A DNA stretch of 63,231 bases, filler included, from Choristocarpus tenellus KU-1152 (lineage: Eukaryota > Protista > Phaeophyceae), in NCBI GenBank assembly GCA_964200185.2. It is 9 parts of 9 records of this genome, joined end to end, with 100 filler letters (N's around TTAATTAATTAA, not from the genome) between each part and the next. Parts side by side here need not be neighbours in the genome. Positions count along the whole stretch, not along the records: positions 13,010 to 19,457 come from CAXNAD020008122.1; positions 19,558 to 25,374 come from CAXNAD020009679.1; positions 25,475 to 33,209 come from CAXNAD020005663.1; 6 more parts are not named here. One strand, given 5' to 3'. Positions 13,340-26,124 of this stretch are shown piece by piece. The stretch's first letter is position 1; every line of letters begins with the position of its first letter. Made by a program: the position numbers and the translations under genes. The notes below the pieces were generated by a model that was not told the DNA's origin, searched no databases, and saw only the letters and a list, made by a program, of their open reading frames with translations.

Positions 13340-14070
13340 TATGCATTTTGGGTTAGGGTTACGGTTAGGGGTTAGGCTTGGGTAACGTTAGGGTTCGACA
13401 GCAATCCACTATTTCTTGTTTTAGGTTATTTTTGTGTTAAGACTTGTGTTTTCATGAACAACGCTAAAAATGCACCATGTTTTCATTTAAGGTTACTTTT
13501 GTGTTGATATCACCTTATTTTAACCATCATTAGGCTTAGGCTAGCTTGATGAAGGTCGAGCTTGTCACAGGGACGGATATTGGACAATAGGGTTCGTGTT
13601 GGTTAGCGGTTTGTGTCATGGTTTGTATATGGGCCTAGGGCAAGGGTTGGGGTAAGGGTTAGGGGAAGTTAGGCGGGGGGGTTGTGACCCATGCCCTTCG
13701 TAAAGTTAATGTAAGACGTGAGATGTTTGTATGATGCAGAGGTTGCTTTTTATATGTTACAAATTGACAATATTAAGGAAACGATGAACGAATGACTTGC
13801 CCCGTGTAAAAAAATGAAGGCTTGTAATGTGATTACAGTTTGTGTAATGGTTTTTAGAACAAAATATTATATACAGTGTAAGTAGAGTTTGAGGCTAGGT
13901 TTAGGAATCGCGCTTAGGATTGGGGTAGAAATCGACCCATGTCCACATTGTGGTGTAAAGAGTGGATTTGGTGAGAAGGGATGTTAACGTATTATCCACT
14001 AGTGGTTATGGTAGCAAGGTTGGTGTACGTACGCACTATGGTTGCTTTGTGACCTTAGGGTTAGGCTAGT
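13340..14070 (+). repeat. GT-rich region with scattered degenerate TTAGGG motifs
   Basis: GGGTTAGGGTTACGGTTAGGGGTTAGG, GGGTTAGGGG and TTAGGGTTAGG; no long ORFs. Confidence 0.5.
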
Positions 14071-14753
14071 GAATCCGATATTTATCTGGAACCCTGGGTT
14101 TACGACATGGTTAGAGGTAGTTGCCAGTTACGTTCGAAGAAGAGCTTGTACAGAGTTGTGGATGAGTTGAAGTATGGTGTAAGGTTTGGTGATTGCAGGG
14201 AGGTTAGTATGGTGATGAGTGTTGGTTTACGAAATTGAGAATAAGTGGCCGTTGATATGGGAAGGTGTCGAAGGCATGCATTATCAAAGTGCTTGGAAAC
14301 TTGTCCAAATGGAACGAAAGGAGTGGGTTATAAAATGTTATATTTGGCAGTGCTTGCATTGGCTTTGATACACTTTACTTTAGTCAGATAGACAATAACC
14401 TCAAGTCTCGTATCTCATGTGAACTACCAATCAGTGTTTTTTGGGGTGGGTACAATCGTGCTTGTTTTGTTAATAGAGTTCACATCCTATAATATTCTAT
14501 GGTGTATAGCTAAACTTTCTTGTTTATATTGAACGGATTTACGTAAAACTATTCTAAGTATCATTTCTTTGTTTCAATGCATTTCTTCTACATTTCTACC
14601 ACAATCGAGAACCTTCTTATAATTACGGAAAATAATTTTCGAACTATACAACCTTTCCCATACCTTCCTTTCACTTCCAAAATCTATCTTGTTCATAATC
14701 CAAACAACAGTGTCTAAAACACAACGCCGTCTTTTGCGCAAACATGCTAACGG

Positions 14754-15222
14754 TTGTGTTGCCTCCCGATCAACCCCACCCTAACAACAATTATCTTGGT
14801 GGCGTTACAGCACGCACAACAGAGTCCCTGTGTTGTGCCCCTTCAGGCTGTCATCATACCTGACTTCACAGACTTTCACCACAACGGCCTGGACAACACG
14901 TTGACAATCCTGCCTAGACAATACCAGAGGTTCACTTCAGAGTCCAACCGACAATCACTCGGTGGAGTACCTGCTCGTTTATCAAATCAACTCCGACTTG
15001 GGGACACATCCCATGCAAGCTTCGGCCGAGGCACATGCTTTGTCATATGCGTGGGAGGAGGGACTGTCGTTCAGGGGGAGGTCCGCGATGTTCACCTTGA
15101 CGATTCGGGGGCATACATGTACTCTGTGTCCTACCTTCCTGACGATGGCGTAAACTCTTTGCCCCCTCAACTGAGGCTTTACATGACAGAGGATGAGATC
15201 GAGGAGGGAGTCAAACAACTTC
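14754..15222 (+). CDS. Hypothetical ORF fragment with Tudor/SH3-like beta-barrel signature, probably TE-derived, cut by LTR-like insertion
   Basis: GTCFVICVGGGTVVQGEVRDVHLDDSGAYMYSVSY..DG..MTEDEIEE; runs directly into the TGTTACAGGCG repeat at 15223. Confidence 0.3.
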
Positions 15223-15527
15223 TGTTACAGGCGATATGTCTTGATGGCAGTTTCATAAACGCCATTATGACATTGAAGTTCTAGATTTGATATATTTGTA
15301 CTCCTTGATTATTTATTTATTATTTGGTCATTATGACCCCCGATTGTGATAAGACATCGTGAATCAGTTCCTTTTATATGATGATGTTGATGTTAATTCA
15401 AGTGAGAGATCCAGCATACCTGACGACATGTGCATCAGGAGTCCTATACGTACATCAGTATCATCTATTGGCCGTAGATTGGAGCTATACATCCTGTGGA
15501 GGTAAGCTTTGAGGGGCGCCTGTAACA
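15223..15527. mobile_element. LTR-like element (family B) with perfect 11-bp inverted termini
   Basis: TGTTACAGGCG ... CGCCTGTAACA; the right end (TTGAGGGGCGCCTGTAACA) is identical to the family A end; no clear TSD. Confidence 0.75.
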
Positions 15528-17998
15528 TAAACTATGTACACGCGAGATCGGATCTCTATTCTGTACAACCCAGACAAGGTTGCCCCCAACTCAAGCTTGA
15601 GCTGAACTCTTCAATTTCTAGCTCTCATCTTCTCACCCAAGGAGAAATGGTGTTTCATCTTAATGCGTATGTGTTCGTGGATCGTAGGATCTGGGTACCC
15701 ATTGTGCCCACTGCAATAGATAGTGTGCCAATGTTCGATATATGCCACGCCAAATATAATTTCTGTTCTGGGTAAACTGCATTTTGTCATCCATTCGATC
15801 GTTGGTCCCCACAAAGAGGAACATCTGTGTCGACTGATTCCGAGTCTCCACGGTCATGTGGTCTTCATTTCGACGTTGTTGGTATGCCGGTAGCTGACTT
15901 CGATGTCCACAATTGCAATCTCCGTGCTTATTATTCACTGACAGACGGTGGCATTGCCTTTGCAATCTCTTGAAGTTACATATTATAATATCCTACCTCG
16001 GATATGGCCCTAGTTATTCGTCCTCCTGACATAATTGCGTACATGTCCCTTTTTGCCGTCCTTTTGGCAGAGAAGGTAGCCGATATGATTGGTGTGGTGG
16101 AGATTAAATTAGGCGAAGGGAAGGTGTCTATGAATATGACTGATATGAACCAGGTTCTTGTCGAGAGGCTTCATATGGGAAAGGAGGACGGAGTAAGCCT
16201 GAAGGATGGCAAACTGCGCCAGAAAAACAGGATGTCAGGTGACGTTTGACCACAGCACGATTCTACAGTAGGAAAAAGATGTCTGCGGCAGAGTTTTGAT
16301 TACTGCGGTGTCACCCTGGCTGGGGTGTGAATCCTCTAGTCCTACATTGTACCAGTCTTCCACTTAGCTATACACATGGGACAGTTTCCCTGCTCGAACT
16401 CGGATGCAAGATTATCTGATATATCTCAAGGCCATGGTTCACCAACAGGGTGCAGTGCATTAGGGAATCTCTAACTCTAAATGAGCCACCACTGTCTTAG
16501 GAAATCAGTAGAAAACGTCGAACATAGGGAAATATAACGTCAGATACATCGTACATGTGGTGGGGTAACTTCACCAAGTATCGATCTGAACTTGAGGCAC
16601 CTGCAGCGACTCAGCCAACTGAAGTGATGATGATTCCCTACCACACTGCAGTGAGTCAACCTCCGTATTTTCGCTTCAAGTATCCAACTAGTAAAAAAAT
16701 CAAACATACCAACCTTTCCTCATCAATGTTTCCTCATCAGCATGCATGATAAGCCTTTCATGCCATCATACTCCCCCCTATTCGAGTCTGTCTTATGATT
16801 CCCTGAGGCGGAGGTGGGTCCCTATGGGGTGTGGGTTCCCCAGCACAGGGTTTGCTGTTGGTGGTTGCCTCTGCACAGTTTGAACATTTTCCATTTTTTG
16901 GTTTGATATATCCCACACCCTCCCTCCCCAAAAATTGCATAACAGACCAGTGTCACTTTGCTTGAGACATATCTTTCTTCCGAAGTTTGTAATGATTGGG
17001 TTTAACAAAACCTCTGTGCTTCTTCCACAATCATGTCCGCCGCCGGTGGGCACCACAGTGTCTTTGAGAGGTCAAGGGCACCGCTTTGACAGGCCAATTT
17101 CTACGAGGTAAGTGTGCTGTTGACCGCTTGATCAATTGTATGTGCTGCAGTAAATAAATGCGGGAAAATCACGCTTATATTCGGAGTCTCCACCGAGAAC
17201 ATCGTTATGGGAGATATATACTCCTTTGCAATAGCTGGCAGGGATCCTTGTGTGGTCTTTTTGTTCTTGATCTCTGTGATCTTCAACTGCTTGGAAGTGC
17301 TGAACAAGACCTCTTTTCCTCAATCTACAAATTGTCACAGCTGTACAACACTTCAGTTCTTGGAAACACAATTGGCTAAAATGTTCGTAATAGTACTTCA
17401 AATTGTACTACTAGAGATCTATTGTTTTGCTAGACCTCTAAGGTGCGCTCACTAATTATTAAGAACTAAGTGTATTGGATAATCTTCGTGAAGGAAATAC
17501 CAACACCAGCTTGTTTAATATATCCGTCAAGATCAACCTTTAGCAGCATAAGAGTTTAATTGTTTTTGTTGATGAACTCGGTTCTTATCCTACCCCCCTT
17601 TGTAGCACATGACATGGATGGTTGCAGGCAGTTAGCCCCTCTGGGCACACACGGCGCATGCACTACTGTCATAAATCGGATGACAATCAATGCATTTATT
17701 TTCAAAATGCACTACAATTCTTGTTGGTGTATCTGATGGACCTCTACCGTAGTTGTGTCCTTACATTCTTCGCCTGGTGTTTACTTCTGATACAGACTCT
17801 CTATTGCTGTTGTGTGCTTTTTTAATTCCACGTTTCTTCTTTTTCCTACGCGACAACCTCTACAAAATGTCAGTGGGCATAGCAATATGCATATATCGCA
17901 TATTACACATCATATATTCAAATACCTGAATATTCTTGGTACGCAATCCTTATTCCATTCTGCATGACAGGTTGCTTTGTGCCAGCATTTGGGTCATC

Positions 17999-19204
17999 AT
18001 GTTGTACTTGACCTTTCTTAGAAGCGTGGGTGCTGAGTGCAAAGGCCAACCTGATCGCATTGGGACTGGATACTGTACCCCAGAGAATAACAATGAGGGA
18101 TGTGACTATGATGGTGGTGATTGCTGTGAATGTACTTGTGTCTCCTACAACAGTCCTTGTGGCTCCAATGGCTACAATTGCCTTGACCCAGAAATTGACG
18201 ATTGTACGACATCTCCAACTCCGGCACCAACAGTTGCTATAGTTCAAGAGCCGTGTGAACCTGCTCATCAAACATGGCAGGTTCAAAGCACTCTGAACGC
18301 GACAAACCTATCGCAAGCACTTAAGTGCTCAAATGGTTCATTTAGGGTCAACTGGACTGGAGCTATTGTCGTCGAAGAGACAATTTCCGTCTTTGATGGA
18401 ACACTGCTCGATGTCACTGGATATGGTCCTCTTGCTGTTGCTGATGGTGGGGGGACCACACAACTGTTCTCTGTCATAAGGGCTTCGTTGAAAATGTCAA
18501 ACATGAGTATTACTAATGGCCATGCAGAGAATGGAGGTGGCTTGTCCGTCACTTCCAACTCAGCTGTTTCCTGGAGGGGTAAAATGGCCTTTACCAACAA
18601 CATCGCCGATCGGGATGGTGGAACACTGTTCCTCCGGAATTCAACTGCTTTTTGGGATGACCAGACGTCCTTCATTAACAATAATGGGGGTGCTCAGGGG
18701 AGGGGGGGGGTGATTGCTGTCTTGGATACTTCGTCTGTTGCTTGGAACGGTGACACAATATTTGCTAACAACAGTGTTGGCTATTGGGGAGGCTCAATAT
18801 ACGTCTCCAGCAATTCTAATTCCACTTGGCAAGGCGCGACAACCTTCATGAACAACAGTGCTTATCGGGGTGGAGCGCTTTATGTTGGTGAACACTCCAT
18901 CACTTCCTGGAGTGGTGTGACGATCTTTGAGGGCAACAGCGCTGACTTACAGGAGGGGTAGTGTACGCTGATGTGTCATCGAACATTTCTTGGAAGGGCT
19001 TGACAAATTTCGCCAAGAATAGTGCGGTAAATGGAGGGGTGCTATTTATTTGGGAAAAGACAGTAGTTTTCTCAGATGGTCAGACCAACTTTGCTGGCAA
19101 CAGTGCCAGTGAAAACGGGGGTGTATTGCATATTTCGGCAGACTCGACAGCCACACATTTGTAGGCAATACAACATTTGATGGCAACTCTGTTATGACTG
19201 GAGG
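17999..19204 (+). pseudogene. LNR(Notch)-domain + polymorphic-membrane-protein (GGA/FxxN beta-helix) repeat protein, frameshifted and LTR-interrupted
   Basis: Hydrophobic leader; C..IGTGYC..NNNEGCDYDGGDCC (LNR); TSPTPAPT linker; repeated FxNN.A..GG..(I/L/V)Y units. Frameshifts near 18955 and 19155; the reading frame runs into the LTR-like repeat at 19205. Confidence 0.8.
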
Positions 19205-19457
19205 TGTTACAGGCGCCCCTCAATGCTCACCTTCCAGGATGTACAACTCAAATCCAACGACCTCAAACGACGCTACGAGGAAAGTCCACAGATGATAACC
19301 ACGTTCGGTGTCAGCTTGATATTCAGCTCAGTTGATGTCTTGCTTTCGCTTTATCAAAAGAGGTTCAATCAAAAAGGGTCTGAGGGGTGTGGTGAGCCTT
19401 CTCAGCCTTCTATTAGCATCATCCACCAGTTTTTCTACAGCCAAAGAGTTAAATGAG
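19205..19457. mobile_element. LTR-like repeat family A, truncated at contig end
   Basis: Begins TGTTACAGGCGCCCCTCAATG; nearly identical to 57266-57517. Confidence 0.85.
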
Positions 19458-19839
19458 NNNNNNNNNNNNNNNNNNNNNNNNNNNNNNNNNNNNNNNNNNN
19501 NTTAATTAATTAANNNNNNNNNNNNNNNNNNNNNNNNNNNNNNNNNNNNNNNNNNNNAGGAAAATGTCATAAAACCCCCGAGGGAGCCAAGCCCCAAATG
19601 GACAAACAGGGCAAAACTCGTACCCTCTTAGAAAGAATCCTTCGTCAGGGCTTACTGAATTGTTGAGGTTGACAACCAGACTGGAGTCGATGGGCTCAGT
19701 CAGGCGATCAAGATCCTGACGTAAGCGTCTGGCCTCCTGTCGGGTCTTAGACATAATAAACAGATGCCTGGTGTTGTTTGTTTTGCTGAGCCCTCTTCGT
19801 TGTCTATGAACATAAGATTTTTGCATACAGCCATTATTT

Positions 19840-20031
19840 GGCTCAAAAGTACCTCGGGGGGGGAGGGGGAAGGCGGCTGTTCATCTGGGGTCAATTTTTT
19901 TCATGTCGCGATTTTTGGGTGATTTGGTTGCATACGCCAGATGGAAAATGTAGGTGCACTTTGCCTGGTTTTGACCCATATGGACACCCTGGTGTAGACC
20001 CCCCTCCCCCCCCCCACAGATACTTTGGGTC
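19840..20031. mobile_element. MITE family M1, full copy
   Basis: TIRs GGCTCAAAAGTA / TACTTTGGGTC; ATTT on both flanks. Confidence 0.85.
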
Positions 20032-22222
20032 ATTTCTTCCACTATTCAGTCAATTTCTACTGGTACTAGCACTACCAATACATAATCTGACACCTGCACG
20101 CACACTATAATTGTTATCTGCAACTTCCCTCTTTTTCTCCTCTGTCCCTTCCTCTAGTGTCGTTGTTGTGTTGTGACTCTCAACAGCACTACTGCTCCTG
20201 ATTATTCACAGTCAATGGTGATCATCTTGTGTAGTACTATTTGTAACATTATAGCCATTCCAACCTCTTTCGTAACAACGATTGATGACGATGAAGCGGT
20301 TTGTAATAAGAACAATAATAGTAATCTTACTGTAGGAAGCAACGGCAACAAAACCTAGCACAAGGACGAGGACCATGACTAAGTAAGAAAGGAGTGGTAG
20401 TCCCAGGAGCAGCAGTAGTAGTAGTAGCATGTTGAAAGGATGCATAATGTCAAACCACTCGTTGCTGGTTGTGCCAAAACAAATTAATAACTACAGCAGA
20501 CACTCATCACACAATAACAACACCAGCAACAAAGGATTCCTCACTGAAGTTGGCCTTGGCCCATATGCCATCAAATCCCACATGCACATACTCAACCACA
20601 ACAATCTGAAGTAACGCACAGGAAGGACAAGAAAACTGTTGCACGCAAAAGGATCACTAATACTAATAACCGTGTATGATGCAATGAGGGGGGAATAGCA
20701 GTGTTCATTCTGTGGAAAGACAGAAGCATTTTTTTGAGTGCAGAAATGGTCACTGTTCTTCTGAACGATGTTAAAAATAAAAAAGCAAGGTAGATGTCAT
20801 GGAAGGAACTACCATGCTCCTTGACTTTTTGCAGATGCTATGAACAATAAGAAACATCCAAGGGTACGAATGTAACCATAGTCTGTTTATTTTCACAGGT
20901 AAGTTATTTTAATGTATCATGTTACTTTGTGGGCTCCCTCCCTGAAAGAGCATCTCCAATTCGCATTTACATTTTCTTCTGGAAAAAGTTTAGAGGACTT
21001 ACGTTAGGTAGTTTGGAATATCAGAAGGTCCTTTACTGTAAGCAATCCAGATTATGTTGTACATTCACTGCCACGGCAATATCTACAGGGGAAGCAACAG
21101 TAGTAGATCTAGAGGTGGGGCATGGCTTAATCCTCATTTACTATGCCTCTCACTCATATGCCCGTTGTGGGTGGTTAAGTCACTTTTTCGATTCACAAAG
21201 ACAGCGTATCTCTTCAAACATCCCAACTCCTGCCTCACCCTTCCAATAGCCATAAGACGTTCTTGCTTAACAAGGCAATCTCCGTATCAAAATTGCCAAC
21301 TGCCAATCAAAGTCTTTGTATCCTGTACCTAGTGGGCGTTTCATGAAGCTGGGATTAGGAAGGCGTTTGAGCATGCTTTTGAGAAATTGAGACAGGAACA
21401 AGGGTCTGTTGGGAAACAGGTAAATTTCTCTCACGAAGAACTCCTGCCATTGTGTAGGTGCCACCGCTTGTAACAAACACAAAGCAAAGATCATAACATT
21501 CACTCCAGAAGATCGATGAAGTATCCCCCCCACTGCCTTTCAAGCACCCTTAACGACTAAGGCAGTCAATCAAAATTTTGCCTACCCCACTTCTAGACTG
21601 GACTACCCAGTGCCTGTGCATGGACATCAGCACCATACCTGCGAAAAGAAAGCCTAGGAACTCAAGGCAACACGCCTTCTATAATTAGGTGGAGACAGAC
21701 CAGGACGAACACTTCATAGATCTTACATAAGGACCACCCCCCCTCACCACCCACCAATGTTGGCGTACTATAGCTTTACTATCTCAAATGCCGGTCTCAG
21801 CACCAAACTGTGGAGTCACGACAGCTAACATGCATAATATACACTGGAACCCTAACACAAATCAAATCTTAGCCAGAACAGTACAGAGTTCTGCCTACTA
21901 CTGCCAAAATCCACACAAATCCCGTACCCCTACCGGGTATATGGTGCAGGTGAATCGTTCTCCCTCTCCCTCCAGTATCACACTTTTCTGATGACACATG
22001 GTTCCTATGGGAAAAGAATGTCCTAACTTCATGTGGAGGCTTGGGCCTCTCTATCCATCCTTCCCACCCAATGATGCTCCTAATGTAGGCGGGGGGGGCA
22101 GGGGCACTGCGAAGGTGGAGCCTTCAATAAACATTCTCATGATGCCCTCCTACAACATGATCTAACATTAGCCCACGCCATTGTGCTATTGTCTGCTGGA
22201 ATACAGCGAGCAAATCACCTTC

Positions 22223-24332
22223 CTATTTTTTAGCGTACTTTGACTTAACCAGGGAGTACAGCAGAGTGCCCAGGATGGCAATGGTTGAACCAGCGACGGA
22301 GAGGGGATTCATGGGTGTCTTGAAGGCTATGCATGCTGCTACTATGATGACCACACGCTTGATAGTGTTCCCGACAGCATGCTGGGGGCATGCAGGGAGG
22401 AAGGGAGGGAGGGAGGGAGGGAGGGAGGGAGGGAGGGGGGAGGATTCAAGCGAGAGATTTAAAGTACAGTGCTGCAGTATGCTCTATAAAAGACTTTATC
22501 GAATAGGTCTGTTGGCATGCACACTTAAGGTATTGGTGTTGCTATAAATATTCAAATACTTAAGGTATTGGTATCGCAGAAAGTCTCTTCGATCATGTGG
22601 GTTAGAAAGGAGGCTCATTGAAAAAGCAAAACTTTATGGAGCAGAAGGGCAGGCAAGAAAGAATTGCCTTGAAAGGGAGACGATCAGGATGGGAGTTCAG
22701 TGAATAAATCAGGACCCTAATCCTGAATATCAAAATCCAACTTCAATGCCATAAGCAAAACTTTGTCGTTACTCAGGCAAGAGAATTGTGAGTTTATGTA
22801 TCTGAAACCCCCCTTGACAAACAGCAGGTGTCCACTACATATATTTCCATCGATACTACTGGCATGCGTTATGGAGGAAGCAGTAAGTTTCCAGGAAGGA
22901 AAAAATGTCTGGCAAACCCGACAAAACTGCACTCTCAAGGATCACCCAAGAGTACAAATGTGGTTGGAAAAGAACAATGTTGAAGGTGAAGTCAACATGT
23001 TTCCCTTCCACACACCTCAAAAAGAGAGCAGAATTTGGTTCAACTTTGTATGTCATCAGCAAAAAATCGGTCAAGCAAGCTTGAATTCTCTTCATTGATC
23101 TCCATTTTACTGCTCTGCTCTACTGAAAATATCTCACCGTGACAGCGTTCACAGAGCTGAGCGCCAAGAACGCGACCTCGTTGTAGAGGTAATAGAACAA
23201 GCCTGCAAACCCGATCGTGGAGCTCAATCCCTTAGCTGTCGCACCCGCTGCAATGGCAGCATCCCATGCGGGCTTTATCTTGGCTCCCTCCACAAGCAGC
23301 GCAGCAGGGGCTAGGAAAGCAAACGAAATTATTGTAAGGACGGCATAGAGGTTGGCAGCTGACATGTTCTCGCCCACAGGCTGTCCCATCTGCTTCTTGC
23401 CCATGATCCCGCGCAGTGATGAGGCAGTATTGGAACCCATCGCATTACCGAAGGCCACCCATGAGAAGGAGAGCTCCTTCAGAGAAGCCAAACCCACACC
23501 GGCAATGATGGGGAGCAGGGACAGGTAAACAGGGACCGCAAAGACCTGGCCCAAGAGCAGAGCTGAGAACCCCGCTGTGAACACGGGTTCGGCGGCTTTG
23601 ACGATGTGTGTGAATGATACAGCACCGGCGCCGAGCGCGAGGACTGCAGTGATGTGGGTGCACATGTGTAGGAACGCAAGGGTGCTGCATGTGACAAGAC
23701 ACGCCATGGGTGAAGGAAGGTGTCACGAAAACGTTTTTACACAACGCTGAATATGTCACAGAAGAAAGATCACACTAAGATATCCCCAGCATTTAATAAC
23801 CCGCAGAATACATCGAGTAACGGTGTTTTGCTCACCTGAGGGGCTTAATGGCGCCCTTGGCAAGCTTGGGGGCAGGCCTGAGATTCGACATCCACAATGG
23901 CACCACATAAAAAATTCCTATCCCGAGCTGCGAAAGGGCTACAATCCAGGGAAGGGGGTACATGTTCAACACACGCTTGTTGTATATGTTGTAGGCAATG
24001 TTGAACAGGTACCACAGACCGAAGTACGAAGCAACCTTCAGCTGGGCAACCAATCCTCTCTCTGCCGGTTTTTCCTCATCTACAACCGGAGTGACTGGTA
24101 TGATAGGAAGAATGGCTGCTTCTGGCTCACTGGCTGCAGCTGTAGAGAACAAACGCGTGTCCTCGAGGCGGAGGAACGCCTTGTTCTGAACGATGGAACG
24201 GCAACCGTGCAACAGATTCGATGACGATGGCGATGCCACAGGAAGGGCCACGCGGGGAGCGACAGGAGCGAATGCATCGACAGCACAAATACAGAACAAC
24301 GCTGAGGCCGTAGCCAACGCAAATTTCACCAT
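22223..24332 (-). CDS. TPT: Plastid triose-phosphate/phosphate translocator (pPT/TPT family), complete; exons 24332-23836, 23684-23138, 22381-22223
   Basis: Signal peptide plus CAVDA|FAP cleavage motif and transit peptide; YFGLWYLFNIAYNIYNK; GAVSFTHIVKAAEPVF; FYYLYNEVAFLAL; VTHAVGNTIKRVVII. GT-AG introns are phase-consistent; stop TAG at 22223. Confidence 0.95.
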
Positions 24333-25665
24333 CGCTCTTCTTAGAAGGGGGGAAACCTGCAGGAAGTGTTGCTTGGTGGCCAAGACACTTGTACCATTTC
24401 TAACATCCACAATTGGTGGCCGTCCTGAGCTCCAGAGCTGCTCTGGGGCACATTATATTTATAGTTTTCCTTCTATTTTCGTTACTCTTATCTGGTGATA
24501 ATATGATCAACTATATTATGGTGAGTTCTCACATGATACAAATTTATTCAGAGTGATTTGATATTTGATATTGAAGATATAATTCGAAATACCACATCAA
24601 ACTACATATATGATTCGATATTATAGAAAATATGGGGAAAAGCAAAGAGGTTTTTTGGTCCTCCTTCAATTTTTTATTACCTCCAACGAACAGAACTTGT
24701 ACTGTGATATGTGGGTCAATTGCCATGAAAGACATGCATGTAATAATAGTATTTTAATGGACAATGCACAAGTGTTTTGTGTGTATATATATATTTATAT
24801 ATACTCAAGTTTTGTCGCTCAGGTCGCCTTCACACAGTCAATCCTTGTCTAGGGCGACACAAACAAGGGAAACATAGGCTAAAGAAGGAAGGGAAACATA
24901 TTATGTAGAGGATCTCCAGCCAGAAGAGGTGACAAGAACACTACACAGGGTGCTGTGTTTGTCTCCACCACTATGATTTTTGCTACCTATGATTAACGAC
25001 TAAATCTCCAACCCTCTCAAGCATGCATTGTCTATCTGAACATCACCCCGTTAAATAGACATCGTGACATCGTGCATATTTCAACTCATGTACATACATA
25101 GATGACTGACTTTTATATCCTACCCCCTGTGAATTCTTGTTCTTACATACACACACACAAAACCTCAAATCTCGCATGACGATTGATAGATGGCTATCCT
25201 TCCATTGCATGAAAGGGATAACATCTCATGTGGTGAACGGAGGCGAGAGGGGGTGAAAATCTGTAATTTCCTACTTGCAATATCAAACCAGTATCGAATA
25301 TCCTAATTAATTGAAAATTAACAATACAACATTCCCTTGAACATTGGAAACTAGAAGGGTCAAAGTATCTTGGGNNNNNNNNNNNNNNNNNNNNNNNNNN
25401 NNNNNNNNNNNNNNNNNNTTAATTAATTAANNNNNNNNNNNNNNNNNNNNNNNNNNNNNNNNNNNNNNNNNNNNTGAGTAAGGATATAAAAACCGGCGGG
25501 GGGTGGGTGGGTGAGAGGGGATGAAGGGGAGGGGGCGGGGGGAGTGGGGGTTGGGGAGTTCTTCTCAATTGGAAGTACGATGGATGGCACATTTACACTA
25601 CATACATACATACATACATGCGTGTTGAAACATGAGCTACAATCAGCAGTAAACTCTTCCGTACC

Positions 25666-25697
25666 CCTAACCCTAAACCCTAAACCCTAACCCTAAC
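25666..25697 (-). repeat. Interstitial telomere-like repeats (mixed CCCTAA/CCCTAAA)
   Basis: CCCTAACCCTAAACCCTAAACCCTAACCCTAA; similar short tracts near 26644, 26737, 28500, 29390 and 40246. Confidence 0.7.
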
Positions 25698-26009
25698 TAC
25701 AAGTGCGCTGCAAGTGGTACTGACTAATCCCACTGACATGCAGCAGAGAAGAAGAAAGCAAAAACAAAATAAACCAAAAACAAAGCGCCTTTGTTCTTTC
25801 CCGCCATCTCTCCTTCTACACAAAACCAACCAACTCTCAAAGAGCGACAAATCTCAGTCAAATACCCAGACTCTATCACCCCTATTCCACCTTTACACAC
25901 ACACCTTTACACACACACATTAGTTGTACACACACACAAACATCTTCCCCCGATGCAACAGCGATGCCATCACAAAAAAAATAATCAGAGACTGGGAACC
26001 CACCCAATC

Positions 26010-26124
26010 ATATCAATGTTCACATTTCCCATTATTCTCACTAGCCTGTACAGTCGGCCTCTCAGAGGAGACACCAGACTACATATCAATGTTCACACTT
26101 CCCATTATTCTCACTAGCCTGTAC
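26010..26124. repeat. ~42-bp direct repeat, ~72-bp period
   Basis: ATATCAATGTTCACA(T/C)TTCCCATTATTCTCACTAGCCTGTAC occurs twice. Confidence 0.8.

Noticed and set aside
15530-17400. Possible degenerate gag/pol (CSNC..PC knuckle-like and KHHF-like motifs)
   Set aside because: Motifs are too decayed and not in a convincing order to call without a search.
23823-24498. Plus-strand ORFs overlapping the translocator
   Set aside because: Antisense shadows of the GC-rich TPT exon; most other 60-130 aa ORFs in the track are similarly spurious.
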